Origin: Vitrella brassicaformis CCMP3155
Lineage: Eukaryota; Protista; Chromerida
Length of the DNA: 57,067 nucleotides
Direction: 5' to 3'
NCBI GenBank assembly: GCA_001179505.1
Contig: CDMY01000530.1
Location: 1-57,067 of the forward strand
Positions 11,257 to 21,820 of this stretch are shown piece after piece. Each line of letters opens with the position of its first letter. Position 1 is the first letter of the stretch. The notes beneath the pieces were generated by a model. It worked only from the letters and a program-made list of their open reading frames with translations, was not told the DNA's origin and ran no database searches. A program made the translations under genes and the position numbers.

Positions 11257-12903
11257 GAGCCCGTCCCTGTCATCAGATCCATCTGCCGCTGCCGCTGCTG
11301 CTGTTGCCGTTGCCGAAGCCGCCCTCTCTTCTTCTGACGAGGGAACTCTGCCCGGCCCAGAATGTCACGGACTGACTGAAGAGGGCGGGACGCACACGGC
11401 CGCTGCTGCCGCGCATCTGTCACGACCACCACCAATCATTGAGGATCGCATTCAAGAGATGTTCGGCTATCCGGATGGGAGCCAGGTCACCCACTTCCCT
11501 CTTGCAAATCGTGAGCACACAGGGGATGTCTGCTGGAGACCCTCTCACGTGTTGGGGCTCTGTTGGTGCGATGAATGAATAATGATGCAGGATTAGACAA
11601 GACCGAAATGTCCCCTTACCACCTAGAGGTGTGCGAGAATGAGCGAACAGACAGCACTTATTCATTTGGACGCGTATCATTAGGGTGGTTGCTCGAAGGG
11701 GCACACTGCACCTACGCCCACAGCGACCACGAGCTGGGCGAGATGCCGGGGCCTCCCGCTCCTTCAGTCCGTCCGGTGTTCGGGCACGTGAACGGGGGGA
11801 GAGACGTCCGTTCAGTCGGCACGGCTTTCCATGCTTCGGGTGAGCAGCCGATCAATGGGTGATGGTCAGACATACGTTTGTGCGTGCGTCCACCAGGCAC
11901 GTGTCGCCCCTGTCCACACGAGTGGACGACCGGCTGCGAGAATGGCAGAGACTGCATGTTTTGCCACCATGATAAGGAAACGTTGCCTCGCTGCATCCCG
12001 GAAAAATGTCGTGCGAGTTGGTGCGTTGGTCCAGAGTCCCACGCACCTTTTGAAGAAAGGCTCATCAGACCCACCATGTTCGAATTTTCGGCTGCATCGC
12101 CGTTCGGCAGTCAGCCGACCAGCGCCACGGCCACGAGCGAGGGCGGCAAGCGGTTCACACGTGCCGAGCTCTTCGCGTTGGCCAGGCTGCACGAGCAGAC
12201 GGCCTCGAGCTCATCAACGGGGATCGTCGACAGCAGGAAAGCGGCAGACGTCAGTGCCGGCGGTGAACTCGGTGTGTGGGGGGCCGCCAAAAGTGAAGCC
12301 GAGACAGTCGATGGGAGCAGCACCGAGGCGCCCAACAATAGAGCAGTGGGCCAGGCGAGCGCATCAGCTGCAGAAGGCATCACCGTCGGGGCTCCCACGA
12401 GGGACGAGCGCTTATCATCGGCCGACATCACGTCGACCAGCGAGACCAAGTCAGCCACCGAGAGCTTCCCTGGCCCGGTGCTGAGCCCCGCCTCAGACGC
12501 AAGCACTCCCTTCAGCCCGCCTGTCCCGTTTGATCCCGCCATCGGCGAGAGGACGATCCACCTGCCAATCGACGGCATATCCCCTCTGTCATCGGTCAAG
12601 GGAAGCGACTCTGTTGCAGTTCTTCTCAACCGTCTCAGGCAACACACGGCTTCCCGCAAGGCAGACGGAGGCCCGGTAAGTTCGGATGGCCCTGTTGCTA
12701 CCAAGGCGTCGCAGGATAAAGAAGGTGCAGATGGAGGTGATCCCAAGCGCTGCGATGCAATGAGTGTTGCCTTACCGCCTGCTGCCCTTCCAGCTGCTGT
12801 TGTCCTTTCTCCTTTGGACGGTAGAAGGGCGGTCGGCACATCTCAGGAAGTGAGCAGAGAGAGCGGATCGCAAGGTCCTGATGACGTCACGCAGCCGCCA
12901 GAG
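11257..12903 (+). pseudogene. Mosaic, partly decayed segment: poly-Ala exon, broken CCCH finger, Cys-rich finger, duplicated low-complexity module
   Basis: SPSLSSDPSAAAAAA exon paralogous to 2138-2250; KTEMSPYHLE|GGCSKG(fs)HCTYAHSDHEL; CRPCPHEWTTGCENGRDCMFCHH; GGKRFTRAELFALARL module nearly identical to 9987-10198. Confidence 0.55.
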
Positions 12904-12966
12904 GTAAGGGATAAAGGCTCATTGCACCACTGTTGATGTCTGGATATGAGTGTGCTTCACTGCAGG

Positions 12967-15900
12967 AACAAGTTGTTGACGACGGCCGTCGCATTGACTG
13001 TCCAGGCGACGCCGAGTCACTTGCTGCTGCTGCTGTTGTTGCTGCTGGTGGTGTTGCTGTTGCTGTCGACCAGCCGACGGAGGCCCGCGACACCATGAGC
13101 GTAAGCTACGCTGATGCGCACTAGTTGGCGACAAGTAGAGGTGTCATGCTCTGCTCATCCAGACGGCTTCTTCTGAGAGCTCTCGGCGACCTCCTGTACA
13201 CCAGGTGGATCATGATGCCACAATTGGTGGATCACTACAGGTTACAACAGCAATACAAGGAGTGCTGCTCTCATTTCTTCGCTTTCATTCTACGCGCTTC
13301 ATTCCAGGATTTCATCGAAAATCGCGAAGGGCGTAATCTCTTCATCGGCAACATCCCGTCCAGCTGGACGGACGATGACCTTGTCAAGGTCAGACAGACA
13401 GACAGACAGACAGCCAGACAGACAGACAGGCGGGACGATAGCCACCTTTTCAGGGTCAGGTAGCCAGGCAGTGACCGAATAATTACCTGCCTTCTTCGCT
13501 TGTCTGCAGCATTTTCTGCCATACGGAAGCATCGTCTCAGTGAAGGTTGCCTATGATGAGGCCACTGGCTGCACCAGGGGCTTCGGCTTCGTCTGCTTTG
13601 ACTCGCCCCAAGCAGCATGGGACGCCATCGACGGCATGGACGGCGCCTATGTCGACGGCAGAGGGCTTCGAGTCCAGCTGAAAGAGCATAGGGGTTGGAG
13701 GGCTGACCTGTACGACCGCAGGGACTGTAAGGACGCATCACGTAACGACGACCTTAGCGCGCAGTGTGGCCATGGCAGTAATTCCTTTGTCAGGCAATTT
13801 TGCGTACGACGGAAACAGGGAGAAAGGCGGTTTCTCATTTGGCAGTGTTTCTCACGCTTTGGGTGGGCGAGCCATACAGTGCCTGGAGGTATGATTCACA
13901 TCCTTGCATGTGTATGTTCATCAGGCAAGTGTACTCCCTGCTGGTACAAGTGGACGACGGGCTGCCATAATGGCATTAACTGCGACTTTTGCCATCATGG
14001 TAAGAACCAACTGTGCTACCGAACTTGTGTGTGGCTGGCTGTGTGTCGGTTCACTTGGTTCAGAGTCACACGCACCGTTCAGAGGGGTCCAAGCCGAACC
14101 CAACGAGCCCTTCATCAGTCAGCCGTCCCCTCCGCCCGTCGATTCGCGAGAGAGGGTCATGGCGCTGCTCAGCAAGACCGGCCGCACCGACGTCAGTCAC
14201 AACACGGGCCCGCTTGAAGGCGGCAAGAGGCTCAGCGTTGCTGAGCTCTTCGCCGCGGCCAAGCTGAACGAGCAGACGGCGTCACGTCCATCGGTGGAGA
14301 TCATCGAAGCCGGGCAGGCAGACAACGGTGCCAGTGCCGACACTGTCGACTCGGCCACTGCAGAGGCACCCAAGCAGCAGCAACAGCCACAGCAAGGCAC
14401 GAACGGGGCGGACAGCCAGACGGACGCGCCAACAGCATCAGCATCAGAACCACCAGCATCAGCACCAGCAGTAGAAGCCAAGATGGAACAAGCGCCAGTC
14501 GATCCCAGCGGACAGCACACCACGACCCCACAAGAGGAGGCCAAGCAGCAGCAGCCTAAGGACGCCCAACACCCAGACGCCCGAGAAGCCGTCGACCATT
14601 CGGCACCGTCAGCCATCGCTCTCCCAAGCGAGACCGTCACTTTTGAGGCTCCCACCAGCAACGAGCGCTCATCGTCGGCCAACCTCACATCCAGCACCGA
14701 GGCGGGCAAGTCACCCATCCCGCCTGCCCCGATCGATGTCAGCATCGCCCCCACAACCCCCACCGGCATCGCCACGCCCGAGGGAGATGGCGAGAGGAGC
14801 GTTTGCCGCCCCACAGGCAGCATCCAGCCCCCAGTAGCCGTCCAAAGCAGCGACTTCGGTGCAGCTCACTTCAGGCTCCTCTGCAACATTCCCATGTCGC
14901 CACACGCGCACACCTCATCCGGCGAGGAGAAGGGAGGTCCAGCAGGTTATTCCGAGGCCACAAGTGGAGTGCTGACTACTGGAACAAATGCATCGCATGA
15001 GGAGTATGCTGCAGACGGAGATGGGGGTGAGGCCGGCAAGGGGAAGGGCAGGCCTCGCTCGTCGCGTCTGTCATGTGCGTCTGTATGTATGTCATCAGAT
15101 GAGGGCTCTCAGGCCGCCACACCCACGCATCAACATCCCGGCCTGGACACCATCAGACACCGCGACGAGCTCGGGAATGCAAGGTAGGCGACGAGCCATT
15201 ATTCGGTTTACGTGCGGTCCCTCGCCGTTTATCAGTAGGCGGCAACGGCTGGTGGGCGACCTCGAGTTGCCCAAGATCGACGCGGCCCAAATGGGCATGC
15301 CTAGCGCGCCCTCATATGGACTGCACCAGCAACCTCACATCCAGACCAACGTCGCTGCCCAAACCGGGTGTCTGCACGTCGAGAACAGTCACAACACCGA
15401 CACCACTGAGGCGCCCAAGGATAAAGCGCCGGATCAGGACAACGTACGCGCTGCAGAAGGTACCACCGTCGCGACTCCCACGAAGAGCGTACGCTTATCA
15501 TCGGCCGACATTACGTCGACGAGCAAGGCCAAGTTAGCCACCGAGAGCTCCCCTGTCCCGGCGCTGAGCTCCACCCCAGAAACAAGCACTCCCTTCAGCC
15601 CGCCTGCCCCGACTGGTCTGAGCCTCGCCACCACGCCGCGCAACGGCCTCGCCACGCCCGAGGGAGAGGGCGAGAGCAATGTTTGCCGCCCCACAAGCGG
15701 CATACGGCTTCTATCAACCGTCGAACGCGGCGACTCGGGTGCAACTCTTGTTAGCCTCCTCTCACACACGTCTTCCCGCGAGGAAGAGGGAGGCCCGGCA
15801 TCCTGCACAGAGGGCACCAATGGGTCAGCGGGCACTGCGGCATCCTGCACAGAGGGCACCAATGGGTCAGCGGGCACTGCAGACGGAGAGGAGGGGGAGG

Positions 15901-17049
15901 GCAGGCCTCTGGCGTGTCGGTACACGATCGAGGAGCTCATGAGGATCGGTCAGCTCCCGCAATGCAGAATCAGGCCGCCAAACCTTCACCCATACCTCGA
16001 CAAGTAAGCCGGGCCAAAACCAACACCTCAGTCATTGTTGCGCTGCGTTTGGGTGTGTGTGTGCGTGGTTGTGTAGGGGCTGCAAGCCCCTGCCCAATCG
16101 GCCCTGCAAGTAAGAGAGAGAGGGGGATATTCACTTACCGTTTTCACTCCCTGTCCCACTGGTTGCTTCAGGTATTGGTCACGAAGTCGCCGTTGCCCCG
16201 CTGGCCACGCTTGCCCGTTTAGACACAGCGAGGAAGAGCTGTGGCTCCCCGATTTCCCCCCGATAAGCAAGGCACAGGTGAGCGCTCAAGGATCTGCGAC
16301 TTCGTCCCCTGAGTGCCTCTGTGTTGCACTGCAGGGACAGGTTGCTGACGAGTCGGATGAGGTGCTGATGCCGGGTGGATCCATCGGCCGTGGCCCCCAC
16401 AATGTGGTGAACGAAACCGGCTGACAACACGATAGCAAACGAGACCTCTGTGTGTTTGCCTGGTTGAGTGCAGACCTCCACCGGCCCAGCGGAAACCGAG
16501 TCATCTGCTTCTGACGATCAGCAATCGAGCGGCGAGACTGCCAGCGTAAGCCACGAGAGTTGCTCTTGTCGACAAGCAGACATATCGTTCTTTGTCAATT
16601 CAGATGGCCCCTCCGGACAGCCGCAGCGTCTTTATGCGTGCTTCGCCGCCATCACACCAGATCTCCCAGACGACAGACAGTCAACTGCAGCCCTCTATCA
16701 AAGATAACATGTTCTATAGGACGCAGCCCTGCAAGTAAGGGAAAGCAAGGCTAGCTGGTCTAGGGCCTGCACTGGTCGCCTGTGCTTCAGGTACTGGTCT
16801 GAGAATCGTTACCGCTCTCCTGTCCCCCACCACGGACCCGAGGAGCTTCAACGGCGAGCCAGTGATGCTGATGGCCAAGACGGCTCCGCCCCCCCAGCTG
16901 CACAGGCTGTCGAGGTCACATCCGCAGAGGGCGGCTTGGATTCATCGGCGAAGGCCGATGATTGGTTCGACTGTGATGCCGAGCAGGATGCGCCCGTCCT
17001 CGACCTGACGCACATGAGGAAGACCGACACAAAGATAGGGGGCGGGTGA
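12967..17049 (+). CDS. RRM + Cys-rich finger + low-complexity repeats + eIF4E-binding-like motif + CCCH protein
   Basis: RRM NLFIGNIP / RGFGFVCF at 13309-13690; CTPCWYKWTTGCHNGINCDFCHH at ~13930; RYTIEELMRI at 15918; spliced RPCK|YWSRSRRCPAGHACPFRH (exons 16077-16109, 16172-16277); last exon 16791-17049 ends in TGA. The 5' limit is uncertain. Confidence 0.65.
15797..15880 (+). repeat. In-frame 42-bp tandem duplication (ASCTEGTNGSAGTA x2)
   Basis: ggcatcctgcacagagggcaccaatgggtcagcgggcactgc occurs twice in direct succession. Confidence 0.9.
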
Positions 17050-17439
17050 GGGCCGCGTATGAGACTCAGAGTGTGTGTGCGGCTTGTGTGTGGCTTCCAT
17101 TTTTGTGCTATGTGCTTTGTGCTTTGTGCTTCGTGGTTTGTGTGTGCGTGTGTGCGTGTGTGCGTGTGTGCGTGTGTACGTGTCTACCTGTGATCGACGC
17201 GGCTTTTTTCCCGCATGACAGCCCATAGCCTACGCACCAGCATTTGATGTACGACAGCTGTCGTACGACAATCGTGCGATAGGTCGGTAGAGGGCGCTGT
17301 TGGGGTAGGTAGACGACTTTTTTGGATCGTGAGATGGATGCCGGATGCCTGTAGGGGCAGGGAGGGCAGAGAAGTGAGTGAGAGTTGCGTGCGGATGTGC
17401 ATGCCCGTCGCATTGTGTGTGGTGGTGGGGGGGGGGGGG

Positions 17440-17739
17440 NNNNNNNNNNNNNNNNNNNNNNNNNNNNNNNNNNNNNNNNNNNNNNNNNNNNNNNNNNNNN
17501 NNNNNNNNNNNNNNNNNNNNNNNNNNNNNNNNNNNNNNNNNNNNNNNNNNNNNNNNNNNNNNNNNNNNNNNNNNNNNNNNNNNNNNNNNNNNNNNNNNNN
17601 NNNNNNNNNNNNNNNNNNNNNNNNNNNNNNNNNNNNNNNNNNNNNNNNNNNNNNNNNNNNNNNNNNNNNNNNNNNNNNNNNNNNNNNNNNNNNNNNNNNN
17701 NNNNNNNNNNNNNNNNNNNNNNNNNNNNNNNNNNNNNNN
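17440..17739. other. Assembly gap (300 N) flanked by poly-G
   Basis: Run of N with G homopolymers on both sides. Confidence 0.99.
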
Positions 17740-18258
17740 GGGGGGGGGGGGGCGACTGCCTGCCGTGTACATAAATCCGAAAAGCGTCGATTGAGACTCA
17801 GTGTACTGCGCAGAGAGACGCAGTGCGAGAGGGTCGGATGGAGTACTAAGTCAGTGAGTGTATCTGCGTGATACGGACGGCATCATGTGTGTGTCTATGT
17901 CTGCTTGTGTGAGGGCGACGTTTGCGCAGCAGTGGTGTGCAATAACTGACTGACATCGATCAAACACTGGTGTTAGCACGAGACTTGAAGCCAACTGACA
18001 CAGAAAGTCCGTTTGCCATGCTCCTGAGGAGCAGACGCACACACCGCCCCCCGCCATGCACATGGAAAGACAGACAGAGAGAGGGCGATGATGGTACAGC
18101 AGCAGCAGATAGTCTCACCACACACACATTCACACACGCGCATTCATCCCATCCAGGTTAAACTGACCCCGCCCACTCTGGGCAAAACCAGGCACAGAAC
18201 CAGGCGTTCAGGCACGCAACCAAGCAGAAGGGCAGAAACAATCGCCCCCTGCCCTGCC

Positions 18259-18542
18259 TCACTGTTTGGCCTCTTCTTGTTTGGGTGGTGGCGGGCCGCC
18301 CTTGGAAGTGCCCACCTTGGCCGGCCGCAGCACCCTCTCCTTGATGCGATAACCGCTCTTCAACACGTGAACCACCGTGCCTTTGTGCTGTTTGACAGAA
18401 CATATGCAGACACAGAGGAGAGAGATGGATGAATGGATGGATGGCGTATCAGGGGAGGGGAGGGGTTTGAGCGTGCCTTCGTGGCGTCTTCGACTTCGAA
18501 GAGCGCCTCGTGCTTGGAAGGGTCGAACCTCTCACCCATCTG

Positions 18543-18573
<31 letters not shown>

Positions 18574-19797
18574 ACATACACGCATGTTCATTCCATATGG
18601 GCGCCTTCGTTGACGTACTGGGGTGTATTTCTCGATGTCGAAGTTGTCGAAGGCTTTATGCATCTGCGCCTCGGTCAGCTTGACGCCGTTGTAGATCTGT
18701 TTCAGCTCCTCGTTCGTCCCCTGCTCGCACCACACACACACATACACACACATCCATCCATCTCTCTCTCCCTCTGTGCGTGTGTGCGATTGCGTGGCAT
18801 GGTTACGATTTTGCCTTCGTCGATGTGGTCGGTGGCCAGCTCCAGGCTGTCGGCAACGTCGAGCATGGCCGACGCAAACTTGGAGATGCCATACTTGTTG
18901 GCATTCTCAACCTGTCACACACACACGAGCACACACACACACAACAGACGCCTGATGGATGGATGAGTGAGTGAGTTGGGCGTGTTGCTGCTGCGGCTGT
19001 GCGTACCTCTCTCTGGTATCGGACTCTGGCGTTCTCCTGCTCAGCGAGGCACCTCATGAGTTTGTCCTGGAGCTCCTTGACCTTCTTGGTCGACTCTTTG
19101 GCGGTCTTCTTGAGCTGCAGGTACTCCTCCTCGCTCAGATTCTCGGGGATCTCTTCCTCCTCCTCGGCAGCACCCTCACCCTGACCATGATCAACAGACC
19201 ATCAGCAATGGACACACAACACAGAGTGATGCATGAATCCCTCCCTCACTCTCTCTCTCTCATCCTGATCCATCCATCCATCCATGCACTCCATTGCCCA
19301 CCTGCTCGGCCTTCTTGGTGTCCTCCTCTTTGTCCTTCCCGCCCTCCTTGTCCTTCTCTTTGTTGCCCTTCGACGCATCTGCACACACACACACACACAC
19401 ACAGACAACACACACGCCATGCTGTCGTGTATCTCTTTGCAACCACTGTGTGTATGTGTCTGTCTGTCTGTCTACCATTGGCAAAGAATCTCGCTCCAGC
19501 ACCGACACCACATCTCGCCTGCCATGGCGCGTACGGCGCACTCGGCGCACCCAGCCTCCAATCACCACAGTCAGCAACACGGTGATGCAGCCACCAAGAA
19601 GACACTCGCCTGTCGGCAGCATGGCCGATGGTGCTACTGCAGACGCCTCTCTGCCTCATCAGCACGGCTGCAGCGAGTGTGGGCGACCGCCATCTCATCG
19701 CAGAGGTCGTAGACAGGGAGGGGAGGGAGGGGAGGGGCGCCTGAGGGGGTGGGACGGATGGAGGACGGTGCAGCAGGGATGAACGCATGATGCTCAT
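18259..19797 (-). CDS. grpE: Mitochondrial-type GrpE nucleotide exchange factor
   Basis: Spliced exons KLMRCLAEQENARVRYQRE|VENANKYGISKFASAMLDVADSLELA, FDIEKYTP|MGERFDPSKHEALFEV, GTVVHVLKSGYRIKERVLRPAKVG. The N-terminus is Arg/Ser/Ala-rich, like a presequence. The start could alternatively be ATG 19698. Confidence 0.93.
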
Positions 19798-19973
19798 TCA
19801 CGGGATCTACGCAGGAGCAGAGGGATCGGATTGGACGCGCATTTGCCGGAAAACGACTAGAGCATCGTGGGACGTGAAAGCTCTGCAGACGTGGGGGAGC
19901 TGGTGGTCAGCATCATGTGACGAGCAGCTCTTGATCCATCCATTCGGGATCTGGCTGCTTGCCGTGAGTGAAG

Positions 19974-20385
19974 ATGGCGTCAAATCGTGCCGTGGACACC
20001 GTTCGGGATGCCTTCCACTGGGCGCTGCTCGCGTCAACCATCACGCCAGCAACGCAGGGCGGACTCATGCTGGCGGCTGTTACTATGCCGGTGGCGTACA
20101 TGCGCACAGGTGAATGAGACGACGAGAAGCGAAGATGCGCGTGTGTGTTGTTGCTTGCATGGGTGTGTGTGTGTGTGTTGTGGTTTGGTGTGGGGATGCA
20201 GGCATGTATGGCGTGTACCTGTCGGCGGTGCTATCGGTGATGGCGTCATGGGCTGTGGGATGCTTCCTGGTCACTCGATGCCTCTGTGTCACGAGTACGC
20301 CACATCGACCCGACCGACCAGCCTATCCTTCCCACGTGTGTGTGTCTGTGGGCCATTTCCGTCTGTCTGTGTGTGTGTGTGTGTG

Positions 20386-20426
<41 letters not shown>

Positions 20427-21789
20427 AGCGCTCATATGTCTACGCATTCCCATGGATGGTGACGCAGCTGAGGCGGCGGTTCTTCGTCCCGCTGGCTGTG
20501 GCTGGGTCGTCTCTGCTGGCCGCGTCGTCGGCCATGTGCGCACTCAAGGGCCGGGAGCTCGACGCCTTTGACGCGCTCTTCGCCACATGCATCACGTGGG
20601 CGTCAGAGAAAGAGAGAGAGAGAGAGAGAGAGGGAGAGATGCTTCCAGTCACAGCGCTGTGTGCGTGTGTGTGTGTGTGTGTGTTTGTCAGGCTGTGTTG
20701 CTGCTGCCGGTTCGTGTGTCGCCGTCAGTACTGCATCGTGTGGCCTCCCAATGTGGCGCCCCTCCCCCCTCCCCACGACCTCATCAGACGGGCAAATTGG
20801 CGAACGGCCAAGAACACACAACCGGTGCGCTATTTCGACACTTGACGGCGTGTGTCTGCATTCCTTATGCCCTCTCTCTTTGTGTGGTAGGCGATCGCCG
20901 TGACATTGGTGGCATTGGGGATCTGCGTGTTGGTCGCCCTGCTGCTGGCGATTTTCTCGCGCAGATCCCTCTCTGGGCTCTTCGAAACACTCGCCATGCA
21001 CACGTGGGCGGGCGAGGGAGTGGACGGGGCCACACGCCGACATACAGACACACAGACACACAGACACACAGACATACAGACACATGGATGGCCTGTGTGT
21101 GCGTGTGTGTGTGTGTGTGGGTGTGTGTCTGTGTGTGTGATTGTTAACTAACACAAGTGTGGTCAACTCTTGTCTGAGGGGCGTGCGGCTCGCGCTGACG
21201 GTGGGGTTCCACGGCCACTCGCCGCCCATCTTGCAGCCCCCCACCCCGCAGCCAGAAGCCTTTTCCCTCCTTGCGGCAGCTATCAATTTTCTTGCAAGGT
21301 GGGAGCTTGGGTGGGTCGGTGAGACGCACCCGACGTGTGTGTGTGTGTGTGTGTGTTGTAGGTTGGTGTGTTGCGTGTTGTGTGGGTCGGTGCTGTGCCT
21401 GACGTGCGAGCTGCACACGGATGCCTTGCAAGACGCCATAGGCACTGTCAGTCTGATGGATGGATGGATCGATGGATGGATGGATGGGGCGCATATCTCT
21501 CTCTGTCTGTGCGCTCATGTGTGTGTGCCTGGGTGTGTAGACTCTTGGCATGACGCCATCCATTCTCGCGAGCTATCTGGCGCTGCCGCCCGATGACGTC
21601 GGCAGGGTGGGTGAGCACACAGATTCTTCAGCAGACAGGCAGGCAGACAGACAGACATTGCTCTGTACGTGTGTGTCAGTATCTGGCGGCGAACCTGATG
21701 GTGCGTCTGGTCATGGGCGGCCCCCCATCTCTGCCCAAAAGTCAGCCCATCCCACCACACACACACACACACCAATCAGGCCATCCCTT

Positions 21790-21820
<31 letters not shown>

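Noticed and set aside
16005-16007. ORF-track stop ending the 14988..16007 ORF
   Set aside because: It is the gtaag donor; phase-compatible exons at 16077 and 16172 complete an intact CCCH finger.
17230-17871. Long ORFs spanning the X run; poly-G as a G-quadruplex or special element
   Set aside because: Artefacts of the 300-N gap. Poly-G flanks simply explain the assembly break.
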